This document shows positions 26,193-34,923 of a stretch of 34,923 nt of DNA, in pieces. Position 1 is the first letter of the stretch, and every line of letters begins with the position of its first letter. The DNA comes from a virus. Made by a program: the position numbers and the translations under genes. The stretch lies in the UHGV virus genome UHGV-0207028; one strand, written 5' to 3'. The notes under the pieces are model-generated. The model saw only the letters and a list, made by a program, of their open reading frames with translations, was not told where the DNA came from and made no database searches.

Positions 26193-27575
26193 CTATTCTT
26201 CTGTCATTGCCGGTTCCGGCAGATTCTTGACCGCCTCTTCTAGTGTTTCCCCATAATACTTAGCCCGATATTCCTCTAATCTCATAACTCCCATCGCCAC
26301 ATCCTTGCGGTCCTGCTCCCGCTCAGTCTCTGCGTCAACCATCACACTGTCATCCCAGTCAGATGACACTTCGTAATCATTGCCTGCCGGAACCAATCCA
26401 TATAACGCCGACCAGAAACTCATAGCATACACCAGGTCTTCCAAAGCATCCTGCAGGGCCATCTGGGTGTCAGAGACCATCACATAAGAGCGCTGCCGGC
26501 TGGTCTTAATCTCAGTTGCCGTTTTATCCACGCTCTGCGGGTCTGACAGGGTGCCGTAGGCAAGGTTACAGTTGAACTCCACCAGCTTCAGCTGGTTGTT
26601 AAAGCCGTTGAATAGGGCCGTGTCCCTTATTTCTGGGCTGAAGGTGTCAATGAAAGGCTTATCCGCGGCGCCTGTATCGTATTCCACGTTTCGGTATAAC
26701 CGTTCCTTACCTCCCGGATACTCAAACTTGTCCCGGTCCTGGTTGTACTTTAGCAGGGAGGTGGCAATATGGACAGCCAGCTGTGTCCCCTCATACTCCC
26801 AGCAGATGTTGGAATAGCGCCTGTCTGCTTCCCGGATCAGGTCCACGGCCCTGGAAAACACAGATACGCCCAGTGGGCTGTCTGAATCGTCCGCATTGGC
26901 CAACGGTACCTTAAAGTACCCAAACAGCAACCGGTCTGCCCCCTCAAGCAGCAGCTCCGGAACCAGCTCCGACCACCTGTCTATGGAACTGACCACCACT
27001 TCGCTGCCAAGGCTGTAATCATTTGTGGCCACAAATGCACGGTTGGTAATATGTACCCGTTTTCCCTGCAGCGTGTGTACCTCCAGCCTGGTGTATATCT
27101 TCTGACCCTTCCGGAACTGCTCTGTGAATACACACTGCGTAATCCGACCGGAACTATCGAAAGACAACGGGAAGAAACAGTCTGCCTGTACGAACTGTAC
27201 CTCAATGCCCTGCTGCGTGATGTACGGCTTCATCACCAGTCCGCCTTTCGCACAGCCGTACTCCACATACCTGCGCAGGTCCTTAAGCACCTTACGCTGA
27301 TATTGCTCATTCAGGTAATCCGCCGCCGTTCCGCCTGTCACCTCAGATTTGAGCTCCAGCGTCACCAGGCGCGCAATCTCTGAGGCAATGGCCGGCGCTA
27401 AGTTCGCACTAAGCGCGTCCTTGTTATCCACCCAGGGGGACCGGTTCTCATACATCCGGGTCCACAGCTCTATCTGGTTCGCCATCTGGGATGTCAGGCT
27501 CACATCCACCTGGGTGTCCGCATCCTTATTCAGGATGTTTGTAACCAAGTCCAGCATTTTTGTGAATCTCATCAT
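26193..27575 (-). CDS. Portal protein
   Basis: 460 aa, immediately downstream of TerL. Acidic C-terminus. Confidence 0.85.
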   Translation of the reverse strand: MMRFTKMLDLVTNILNKDADTQVDVSLTSQMANQIELWTRMYENRSPWVDNKDALSANLAPAIASEIARLVTLELKSEVTGGTAADYLNEQYQRKVLKDLRRYVEYGCAKGGLVMKPYITQQGIEVQFVQADCFFPLSFDSSGRITQCVFTEQFRKGQKIYTRLEVHTLQGKRVHITNRAFVATNDYSLGSEVVVSSIDRWSELVPELLLEGADRLLFGYFKVPLANADDSDSPLGVSVFSRAVDLIREADRRYSNICWEYEGTQLAVHIATSLLKYNQDRDKFEYPGGKERLYRNVEYDTGAADKPFIDTFSPEIRDTALFNGFNNQLKLVEFNCNLAYGTLSDPQSVDKTATEIKTSRQRSYVMVSDTQMALQDALEDLVYAMSFWSALYGLVPAGNDYEVSSDWDDSVMVDAETEREQDRKDVAMGVMRLEEYRAKYYGETLEEAVKNLPEPAMTEE

Positions 27576-27582
27576 CTCACCT

Positions 27583-28842
27583 CTATTCGTACCGGATGAA
27601 CCGGCTTATATCACGCTCAAATGTATACTCGAACGCATCCAGCGTATCGATGTCGCTCGTTCCGTCATCCAGGCGCACATCCTCAATCAGACATTTCTTC
27701 TCGTCCCACAGCGCAGTAGTAAGCGCGTCCTCAAGCGTCCGGCACTGGTCCTCGACATAGAAGAAACGGTGCTGGCTGAGCATCCGCTGCATGAACCGTA
27801 TCCGGTCGTTAATTGATGTCTTAAGGGCGTTCTCAATCCTCAGCCAGGACAGGCCCGACTTCCTCGCCGCTGTACGCAGCCCCGCAATCAGTGTCTGTTC
27901 CGCGCTGTCACAGTACACATGGGTGATATACCCATACAGGTTGATTATCTTAAGGCAGAAGTCCACGAACAGGTCCCCAAGGACATCAGGGTCTATGCTG
28001 CCGTTCTTGCTCATGTGCCTCTCACTGGCAAGGGCCGTAATGCCGCCATACCCCCTGGATATGGCTGTCGCAACAAACGCATGGCCGGAACCGGAACCTC
28101 CGAAGTCAACGCCTATGTTGATTTCCATGAGGCTTTTCGGCTTCTCATGGACCGCATATGGATTGATTCTGGCATCACTGGATACTGCATCACACATGAG
28201 TTTATAGATAGAGCCTTCCGCTGCCACCCACAGCCCCCGGATATACCTGTCATACAGCACAGTCCCCTTATACTCCTTGCAGAGCTCAGCCACGAACCCC
28301 TGGTCCAGGAAGGGATTGTCAAATATCTCATACTTCTGGCAGTAGATGTCCGCATCTGAATCCAGGAATGCCTTGAACCAGTGCTGCGGCGCATCCGGGT
28401 TGCATGCCCCATCAAAACAGGAATAAGGCTTATCCAGACGGGACTTCAGCATGTCAAATACATCCTTGTTCCAGTCCGTCACCTCATCACCATAGCAGTA
28501 CTTAAGCCCGGAACCCCTGAGTTTCGATACCTGGCTGACCTTTTCGGCACCCAGGCAGTAGACATCCTCACCAAACATGTGACAGATGTTCTGTGAGTTG
28601 ATATCCCCTACAAGCCGTGTCCCCCATATCCCCTGCAGGGGTTCTATGATGTTCCTCTGGATGGTACCTTTGGATACCCCCAGGATGGCAGTCAACCCTT
28701 CCTTCCCTGCCCTTGCCCGGATACGCTTGGGTATGACATAATAGTCCATGTAGGTCTTTCCTGACCTGGTAGCGCCTGATTTTATGTTCCAGCGGTGGTT
28801 TGCGTTCTCAAAAAACTCCTGCTGCTTTTTGGAAAATGGCAT
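27583..28842 (-). CDS. terL: Terminase large subunit (PBSX family)
   Basis: 419 aa. N-terminus MPFSKKQQEFFENANHRWNIKSGATRSGKT carries Walker A GxxxxGKT. A nuclease domain follows. Confidence 0.9.
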   Translation of the reverse strand: MPFSKKQQEFFENANHRWNIKSGATRSGKTYMDYYVIPKRIRARAGKEGLTAILGVSKGTIQRNIIEPLQGIWGTRLVGDINSQNICHMFGEDVYCLGAEKVSQVSKLRGSGLKYCYGDEVTDWNKDVFDMLKSRLDKPYSCFDGACNPDAPQHWFKAFLDSDADIYCQKYEIFDNPFLDQGFVAELCKEYKGTVLYDRYIRGLWVAAEGSIYKLMCDAVSSDARINPYAVHEKPKSLMEINIGVDFGGSGSGHAFVATAISRGYGGITALASERHMSKNGSIDPDVLGDLFVDFCLKIINLYGYITHVYCDSAEQTLIAGLRTAARKSGLSWLRIENALKTSINDRIRFMQRMLSQHRFFYVEDQCRTLEDALTTALWDEKKCLIEDVRLDDGTSDIDTLDAFEYTFERDISRFIRYE

Positions 28843-29544
28843 CTATACAACCCCCTTAATCTCAGACAGCACCTTGTCAAGCTTCTGCAGTTCCTCACTG
28901 CTCTCCGTCCCCTTAAGCCTGTCGGTATTCGCTTTGATCTGCGCAATCCGTGCCTTCTGCTCCTCACTGGCCAGTTCCCAGTTTTTATGCAGCAGCTCAT
29001 CGTACTGTTTGATGAGCCCTTCCAGCGTCTTCTGGGCCCGGGCCTGGGCCTGCAGGAAGTTGCCCTGCTTATCCCAGGCCTGCTGCACCTCCCATTCCTC
29101 GCCGGATATCTTTCCTTTCTTGACACCCACCCGCTCAATGGTCTTGTCATCCCGGTCCCTCACATACATGATGGTCTGGGCCCGGATGATGGCAGCATAT
29201 GCAATCTGTACCTGGTCCCATAGGATGTCCAGCGGGTCCGTGGGCATCTCCTGAATAATAGAAACGGTCTCCTCAGGCAGGTACTTGCTGAAGAAACCGT
29301 ATTTTTCTGCGTTCTTATTCTTCGGCGGCCCTGTGGCGTTCTTATTGCCAGGCTGGGCGCCGCGTTTTCTTTGCGAACGTTCGCTAACTCTATCCGAACG
29401 CTCGTTATTCCACTTGTGTGTGCACTTCCACCGGCGGACCGTTCCCTCCGGCAAATTTAGTTGACTTGCAATCTCAACTAGTTTCCTGCCTTCCAGATAC
29501 ATGGCCTTCGCCTGTTCGATTCTTGGGTCTGGCGCCCTGGCCAT
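28843..29544 (-). CDS. terS: Terminase small subunit
   Basis: 233 aa. N-terminal HTH (LEGRKLVEIASQLNLPEGTVRRWK). Its stop abuts the TerL start. Confidence 0.7.
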   Translation of the reverse strand: MARAPDPRIEQAKAMYLEGRKLVEIASQLNLPEGTVRRWKCTHKWNNERSDRVSERSQRKRGAQPGNKNATGPPKNKNAEKYGFFSKYLPEETVSIIQEMPTDPLDILWDQVQIAYAAIIRAQTIMYVRDRDDKTIERVGVKKGKISGEEWEVQQAWDKQGNFLQAQARAQKTLEGLIKQYDELLHKNWELASEEQKARIAQIKANTDRLKGTESSEELQKLDKVLSEIKGVV

Positions 29545-29628
29545 GCCTCCTCACCTCGATTCGTCGTTTTGGGTATAGAAAAGAGCCGCCCGGAGGTGGC
29601 CCCTAATCATCGCCTTTTATATGATAAA

Positions 29629-30261
29629 TTATGGTTTTTCTTCCTCATCTATCATTTCAAGAACTCTTGTCACAGCATATATATTGAACAGTTGAAAAAT
29701 TGTAGAAACGAAACTAACTGTCCTCCACAGTATTATTCCAATAAAAATAAAATAAACCGCAATTAAACTTACTGCAATCACATTATTTACTATCATGTTT
29801 AAAAATAATGTAAAACTGTCAGGAAAACAAAACATCACTATTTTTATAATCAATGTTACAATTATCGCAATAACATACAATAGCATTAAATATACAAAAT
29901 TCTCATTGATATCTTGTAATCTACTCTTTTCTCCTCCGTCACATACTTTTGTGTCTTTTAGAAGTTGAAGTAACATCTGTTTATTCATAAAGGCTTGTAG
30001 CAAGGAATATCCAGTGAAAATTACTCCGAAAAGTGCTAGTGAAACATTTAAAATAGCATCTATACTTTCTCTGAAAATAGTGACTGTTTCTTTATGAATT
30101 CCGACTATGGAACCGAGGATACAACATATAACTACTAATATCCATCGTGATTTCCTATTCTTCTTTTCAACTTTAAGAGCTTTGATTGCTTTAAAAAGTA
30201 ACTTTTCAGAAGGTTCAGATTGAAGTAATTGTTCAATATTATCAAGATTTAAATTATCCAT
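29629..30261 (-). CDS. Predicted 4-TM membrane protein, second gene of an AT-rich two-gene cassette
   Basis: The ORF extends to 30303, but RBS GGAGGGGG sits 9 nt before ATG 30261 (MDNLNLDNIEQLL). TM helices: WILVVICCILGSIVGI, AILNVSLALFGVIFTGYSLL, FVYLMLLYVIAIIVTLIIKIVMF and IAVSLIAVYFIFIGIILW. Confidence 0.6.
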   Translation of the reverse strand: MDNLNLDNIEQLLQSEPSEKLLFKAIKALKVEKKNRKSRWILVVICCILGSIVGIHKETVTIFRESIDAILNVSLALFGVIFTGYSLLQAFMNKQMLLQLLKDTKVCDGGEKSRLQDINENFVYLMLLYVIAIIVTLIIKIVMFCFPDSFTLFLNMIVNNVIAVSLIAVYFIFIGIILWRTVSFVSTIFQLFNIYAVTRVLEMIDEEEKP

Positions 30262-30283
30262 AATCATCCCCCTCCAAAATTGT

Positions 30284-31267
30284 TTATTTTTCCTTACGAA
30301 CAAATTTTATTATTTTCCCTTGATTTCTCAAATATATTTTATTATTTTCCTCACTAGTATAATTTATACTGTCAATTTCTTTTCCCTGATTAATCATGCT
30401 GGATAACTCTGCATTTCTCTCTCCATCGGGTACACGCATTTTTCTCCTATCAGATATTTCATTATACTTAATCGTGGATTCCCCTTTTCTTCCTGGATAC
30501 TTCGCCACCACAATAGGCTCAACTGTACCTTCCGCTGCCTCTACTACCTCTATAACTCCATTAATATTCTTTGGTGATCGGTATGTTACCGATCCCCGAT
30601 CACTTCCTATTTTTCTACGCAATTCTTTTGATATCCCGCTCATTATCTCAGATAAATCTATATCTCCATCACCATTCAACGGATAAAACTTCAATGTCAA
30701 TGTTGAAATTTTTTCTACCTGTTTTAATGCCGCTATCATGCCACCCTTAGGCGGTATTCCCACGACACTGACAAGAGGAATTGGAAGCTGCTCTTTCTCC
30801 TGCTCCATTCTTGCATGGTTCTCTCTTGCAACGTACGTATCTAAAACATACTTAACAGTTGAGCGGAAGCTGTCCAAAGATGGACTTCCTTTTTGATTTT
30901 CAACTAAAATCATTCTATGATTTTTTAGGTAAATTATAAAAGTAGAAAATGGAGCCGTTGGATAAACATCATTTCTTTCGACCAAATTCCCGTTCTCATC
31001 AAACATAGATTTAACTTCAAGAACTGTACTTTTAACAATCAACCCTGTCAATATATATTCACAATCTGCATCCTGATTAACTTCAATATCCATAAGCAAA
31101 TAGGTATTATCCCCTTGGCTTCTTGTAATTCCACTTTTCAAAGCCGGCATTAAAATAGTGTCAAAATAATCCAGTAACGGACTCTCATCTTTGTCCCCCA
31201 TAAAAACTACATTAAAATTAGCCACTGATACCTTTTTCTCATTATTTGCACTTTGCTTTTTATCCAT
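30284..31267 (-). CDS. Hypothetical soluble protein (327 aa), first gene of the AT-rich cassette
   Basis: ATG 31267 with a GGGGAG RBS. TGTGATATAAT extended -10 at 31298-31308. I recognise no catalytic or known-family motif. Confidence 0.6.
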   Translation of the reverse strand: MDKKQSANNEKKVSVANFNVVFMGDKDESPLLDYFDTILMPALKSGITRSQGDNTYLLMDIEVNQDADCEYILTGLIVKSTVLEVKSMFDENGNLVERNDVYPTAPFSTFIIYLKNHRMILVENQKGSPSLDSFRSTVKYVLDTYVARENHARMEQEKEQLPIPLVSVVGIPPKGGMIAALKQVEKISTLTLKFYPLNGDGDIDLSEIMSGISKELRRKIGSDRGSVTYRSPKNINGVIEVVEAAEGTVEPIVVAKYPGRKGESTIKYNEISDRRKMRVPDGERNAELSSMINQGKEIDSINYTSEENNKIYLRNQGKIIKFVRKEK

Positions 31268-31394
31268 TTTATTCTCCCCGTTTCGACGTTTTTCTTAATT
31301 ATATCACACGCCGAATGGAAAGAATATACAAATATCCCCCTCCCAATTCCACAAATCTTACAAAAACATACCCATATTTTCTCTTCGTAACCAA

Positions 31395-31423
31395 AGTATA
31401 GAACATATGTTCTTCTGAGTCAA
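31395..31423 (-). promoter_or_regulatory. Sigma70-type promoter TTGACT-N17-TATACT (minus strand) with the perfect palindrome GAACATATGTTC (31401-31412) inside the spacer
   Basis: Read on the reverse complement. -35 at 31423-31418 and -10 at 31400-31395. An imperfect hairpin plus T-run just upstream (31440-31470) would terminate incoming transcripts. Confidence 0.5.
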
Positions 31424-31739
31424 GGGTCAAATAATAAAAAGGACACCCTATTTCTAGGATGCCCTAATTGTATCTGGAAAATGTCGTGGGGGATAAAACC
31501 AGATACCTCACCGCCTGTGTACCCTGCGGCATTGTCCCGTTAAAGCACAGGTCTGTCTTATGAGGGATTACACAATACCGGTTAGTCAGCCACCAGGGTA
31601 TGACACCTGGCAGCCGCTATCTGTGGGGAGGATAACAAAATCAAGTCTTTTTCGTATCACCCAATTTTGCATATTACAATTATAAATCATCCAAGCGGAC
31701 ATGACAAGGACACGATTTTGACACGCTCCTGTCAAGCCC

Positions 31740-32240
31740 CTAATCCAGCATGAGGGCATCCGACCCAAACAGATATACACTAAGTATCCCCGTAAGTTCC
31801 GTTATCCATCGCCTGGCCGTCCGCTCCCCATATCCGTAAATCTCTGCAATACTTTCGTATGTCATCCCATCCAGATAGAAATACTTGAATGCCAGATACT
31901 TCTCATGCGTATTCTTCCGACACTCCTCATCCTCCAGGAGCTTCAGACACTTGTCTATGTGCCCTATCATTACAATACTCCGCAGCTTGCTCTTGAGGAT
32001 ACTGTTGATAAAGATATCTTCCTCGGTGAACTCCTCCAGTTCATCGCCATTATCCATGTCGGACAGTTCTGCCACCCCCTCCTCCACGCTCTGACAGATG
32101 CGGTTATAATTCTCCATCAGCTTCTTGGTGTTCTGGAATACTTTTATTCTCTTTTCCCTTCGGAGTTGCTTCTCATGTTCCTTAAGGGCTTCCTTTGCGG
32201 CTAGCCTGGCCACTTCCTCCAACGCTTCTGTCTGTTTCAT
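31740..32240 (-). CDS. ArpU-family / sigma-like phage late transcriptional regulator
   Basis: Start chosen at ATG 32240 (MKQTEALEEV), with GGAGG 8 nt upstream. The C-terminal YGYGERTARRWITELTGILS is a sigma-70 region-4-like HTH. Its position upstream of the packaging genes is typical. Confidence 0.6.
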   Translation of the reverse strand: MKQTEALEEVARLAAKEALKEHEKQLRREKRIKVFQNTKKLMENYNRICQSVEEGVAELSDMDNGDELEEFTEEDIFINSILKSKLRSIVMIGHIDKCLKLLEDEECRKNTHEKYLAFKYFYLDGMTYESIAEIYGYGERTARRWITELTGILSVYLFGSDALMLD

Positions 32241-32534
32241 CGGCATCACCTCCTCCCGCATCCAGCCACGGGCATGCCCAGCACCCGTACCGTATCCTGC
32301 CCTTGTTGTTACGCTGGCCGTCACAGCCCCCACGCCCGTTGTCTATGTAGCACTGTCTCATGGTACCGTCTCACCTCTTTCGGCGGCCTGCGCAGTTCCG
32401 GGTCCGGGCACAGGCTGGTGTATGCATAGGGCGGCATCCTGACAGGCCATGTATCCGGCGGCGGTTCTCGGATGGCCGATTCAGCTGATGCCGCCACGGC
32501 GGATGCCCGCAGGACCTTGTTGGCCTTGGCCTGT

Positions 32535-32687
32535 TTACTGTCTGCTTTCTTTCTCATAGAAATCCTCCACCCATTCCAGTGGCTCCCCACAATCCTGGCA
32601 ATAACTCTGTCCCATCTCAACCTCTCCCCCACATTCAGGACACTCATAGATTATGCCATGCTCCATATCAATTTTTATTTTTGCCAT
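32535..32687 (-). CDS. Small zinc-ribbon protein (50 aa; CPECGG...CQDCGE)
   Basis: Not in the ORF track. MAKIKIDMEHGIIYECPECGGEVEMGQSYCQDCGEPLEWVEDFYEKESRQ. Frame checked from ATG 32687 to TAA 32535-32537. Confidence 0.4.
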   Translation of the reverse strand: MAKIKIDMEHGIIYECPECGGEVEMGQSYCQDCGEPLEWVEDFYEKESRQ

Positions 32688-32702
32688 CTTGTTCTCCAAA
32701 TC

Positions 32703-32867
32703 CTAATCTTCCTCATTACGTGCTGTGCAGTATACGCACCGCTTGCACAACTCTATCGGCTCGTCATTATTGGCGTGACCAAATCCCATGCACTTACCAT
32801 TACTGTCCCGTCCCGGCTCCCCGCAACACCTAATATACTTACAATTATCTGGCGTTCTCTTTGGCAT
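32703..32867 (-). CDS. Small Cys-rich protein (54 aa, 8 Cys)
   Basis: Start at ATG 32867 (MPKRTPDNCKYIRCCGEP...), with RBS GAGGAGGTG 4 nt upstream. The longer ORF to 32957 lacks an RBS. Confidence 0.45.
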   Translation of the reverse strand: MPKRTPDNCKYIRCCGEPGRDSNGKCMGFGHANNDEPIELCKRCVYCTARNEED

Positions 32868-32999
32868 CTTACACCTCCTCGTATAATAAGTTCGTAGGCA
32901 AGAAATATCGCTTATGAACTTATTCTTTTTATGGGTATAGATGGTAAGGACATCCAAGAGGAACTCCCCTCATCCTGAATCCCATCCATACGGTCAACA

Positions 33000-34660
33000 G
33001 TTACTTTTTATATGATTCATCCTGTGTTATGATATCAGGCAGAGTCTGATGTCCGAAGGCACTGCTTTTCCTCCTTTCAGCCGGCTTTGGCCGTGACTGC
33101 TTTTTTAGCATTCAGCCTGGCACATATGGCACATTCCGCTAACACAGAATTTTCGTCCCCCGCCGTAGCTCCAGCAAGAAAGGCTGGCCGGGTGCATGCT
33201 CATTGCGCGAGGCTTCGGTCACCATATGCAGCACAGGATAAACCTTTTACTTCAGGCTCCACAAATCCAGATCGGAAAGGATGTGATATCTTGTTAAAGA
33301 TCAACTATATGTCCACCTTGTTTGTAGGTATTGATGTAAGCTCAAAATCCAATGCGGTCTATGCCATGGATTTTGAAGAAAACAAGTACATCTCATCCTC
33401 ATTTGGCAACAATCAGCCCGGCGCTGATGAACTTGCCGATATGATCGCTAAATGCATGCAGAAACATAAAAACCTTGATACAATCATCGTTGCTTTAGAG
33501 TCTACCTCTGTTTACAGCGTCCATATCGCAAATTTTCTTTCTACATGTGAGACGCTTATGCCGTACAAGCCCTATGTTTTCTGTGTCAACCCCAAGGCTA
33601 CATCCAATTACCGTAAATCCTATATCGGAATGGAAAAGACGGATCCTATCGATGCTTTTCTCATTGCTGACTTCGCAAGGGTCGGCAGGACGAAAAAGCT
33701 TGAGCCTTGGCGCGGCGGCCAGTTTATCGCCCTGAAGCGTCTTACCAGGCATCGCATGCACCTGTCAGAATGCATTACCAGGGAAAAGACCTACATGGTT
33801 TCAAACCTGTATCTGAAGTTCAGCGAACTGCAGCTTCTTGAGGGTGATAACAAGCCGTTCAGCAATATTTACGGCGCAACATCTTCTGCCATACTGACGG
33901 AGTTCCTGTCCCCCCAGGAGATCATCGACCTCTCAGAGGAAGAACTCCTTTCGTTCCTCGCTGAAAAAAGCAGGAACCGTATTTCTGACATATCCAGGAC
34001 ATCCGAGCTTTTGCGGAAAGCCGCAAGGGACTCGTACCGTTTGGATCAATGCATGTATGAACCACTGAATATTTCACTTGCAAGCTCATTTAACTGCATC
34101 CAGGCCTATCAAAAAGAAATAAAACTGATAGAGCAGGCAATTGAAAAGTGCATCAATGGGATGAACCCGAATGCGTTTCTTATCCTGAAGTCCATTCCCG
34201 GTATCGGACCGGTATGGGCCTCCGGCATGCTGTCCGAAATAGGCGACATAACTGCGTTCCACTCATCCGATGCACTTGCAAAGTATGCCGGTTTGTACTG
34301 GCTGAAAAACGATTCCGGCGATTTTATTTCCGAGGACAATCAAGTCTCAAAAGTCGGGAATCCGTATCTGCGCTATTATCTGGGAGAAGCGGCTAACAGC
34401 GTCAGGAAGCATGTGCCAGAATACACTGAGTATTATGCAAAAAAATATGCTGAAGTTACCAAGCATCAGCACAAAAGAGCACTCGCGCTTACATCTCGTA
34501 AACTTGTACGGCTTGTTTTTGGATTGCTGGTCAAAAACCAACTGTACACCGGCGAAAAGCTGGACACTCAATCAAATATCAACAAGAACTGATGTTCGCC
34601 TTTGGATTTTCCGCCGAAGGTCTATTAAAGTTACCCTTTTTCCTGAAAAATATATCAAAA
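33000..34660 (+). mobile_element. IS110-family insertion sequence (boundaries approximate)
   Basis: It contains an IS110-type transposase. IS110 elements lack obvious terminal IRs, so the ends cannot be fixed by eye. Confidence 0.55.
33309..34592 (+). CDS. IS110-family transposase (DEDD N-domain plus Transposase_20 C-domain)
   Basis: Start at ATG 33309 (MSTLFVGIDVSSKSNAVYAMD...). C-terminal SIPGIGPVWASGMLSEIGDITAFHSSDALAKYAGL is the IS110 signature. The upstream in-frame extension to 33087 has no coding features. Confidence 0.85.
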   Translation: MSTLFVGIDVSSKSNAVYAMDFEENKYISSSFGNNQPGADELADMIAKCMQKHKNLDTIIVALESTSVYSVHIANFLSTCETLMPYKPYVFCVNPKATSNYRKSYIGMEKTDPIDAFLIADFARVGRTKKLEPWRGGQFIALKRLTRHRMHLSECITREKTYMVSNLYLKFSELQLLEGDNKPFSNIYGATSSAILTEFLSPQEIIDLSEEELLSFLAEKSRNRISDISRTSELLRKAARDSYRLDQCMYEPLNISLASSFNCIQAYQKEIKLIEQAIEKCINGMNPNAFLILKSIPGIGPVWASGMLSEIGDITAFHSSDALAKYAGLYWLKNDSGDFISEDNQVSKVGNPYLRYYLGEAANSVRKHVPEYTEYYAKKYAEVTKHQHKRALALTSRKLVRLVFGLLVKNQLYTGEKLDTQSNINKN

Positions 34661-34707
34661 TCTTTTTTAAAAACTCTTGACATATCACCAGAATGCTAAA
34701 TCCTAAT

Positions 34708-34923
34708 TTAGTCATCTAATTTCCGCCCACACATAGGGCAAAAATGAATAGGCTCCGATGTGTTTTCTGATTCATCATCTGCGTATTTTAGATAGTGATT
34801 CTTATTATGCTTTGATTGCACAATGTTAAATTCTCCCGCATACTCCCCTGTTAAATCCCTGCCCCACAAAAAATCACTTCCCGCATAGGTTCCTGTTTCT
34901 TTCAGCTCGCAGTAAGCGCACAT
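34708..34923 (-). CDS. Small zinc-ribbon-like protein (CAYC ... CPMCG), ATG at the window edge
   Basis: 71-aa ORF whose ATG is the last three bases of the window. The true start could lie beyond the window. Confidence 0.4.
   Translation of the reverse strand: MCAYCELKETGTYAGSDFLWGRDLTGEYAGEFNIVQSKHNKNHYLKYADDESENTSEPIHFCPMCGRKLDD

Larger units (their letters stand above)
7246..32960 (-). mobile_element. Siphovirus-type prophage or phage-genome late region (lysis, tail, head, packaging and late-regulator genes, all minus strand)
   Basis: Contiguous, co-oriented, tightly packed gene modules in canonical order. The right-hand (early) side is interrupted by an IS110 element and continues beyond the window. 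Confidence 0.85.

Noticed and set aside
29629-31267. Direct assignment of the AT-rich pair to the Kiwa system (KwaA/KwaB)
   Set aside because: Kiwa is encoded as membrane protein first, then DUF4868 protein. Here the soluble protein comes first and I see no recognisable DUF4868 features. I have left it unassigned.
31586-31780. 64-aa minus-strand ORF overlapping the end of the ArpU-like gene
   Set aside because: It overlaps a better-supported gene in another frame and has no RBS.
33087-33308. N-terminal extension of the IS110 transposase ORF (MAVTAFLAFSLAHMAH...)
   Set aside because: The in-frame upstream region is Ala/His/Arg-rich low-complexity sequence. The conserved IS110 N-terminus begins at MSTLFVGIDVS (33309).

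Overview
This looks like Firmicutes (Clostridia-like) DNA assembled from several mobile elements of visibly different base composition. (1) Positions 1-3570 are the integrase-proximal end of a Tn916-family integrative element: an XRE-type HTH regulator, a Rep_trans-family initiator/relaxase preceded by cruciform and tandem-repeat DNA, a near-canonical Tn916-type Xis and a Tn916-type tyrosine integrase. The element continues beyond the left edge of the window. (2) Positions 3570-5600 form an AT-rich islet with an unrecognised 376-aa single-TM protein, a convergent small membrane protein and a 26-aa hydrophobic peptide ORF behind a GC-rich structured leader. (3) A second tyrosine integrase (5605-6999) carries an embedded XRE-HTH insertion and abuts an attP-like site. 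That site is a tRNA 3' fragment plus terminator, flanked on each side by paired TTTATGGAC arm-type repeats. (4) Positions 7.3-33 kb are a siphovirus-type late region, all on the minus strand. Reading from low to high coordinates: antirepressor-like moron, NlpC/P60 endolysin, holin, XhlA/XkdX/XkdW-like small genes, tail fibre and tail-tip genes, a tape-measure gene split at a G8 homopolymer, Gp15-type chaperones, major tail and head-tail joining proteins, HK97-type capsid, scaffold, a MuF-type minor head protein with a C-terminal HExxH domain, portal, PBSX-type TerL, TerS, then an ArpU-like late regulator and small Cys-rich genes. (5) A strongly AT-rich two-gene cassette sits between TerS and the ArpU-like regulator. 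It encodes a 327-aa soluble protein and a 4-TM membrane protein behind its own sigma70 promoter with an embedded palindrome. Neither protein matches a family I recognise, and this is my best candidate for an undescribed anti-phage or abortive-infection module. (6) An IS110-family insertion sequence lies at 33.0-34.6 kb. All calls rest on reading the supplied translations and the DNA by eye. No database search or computation was run.
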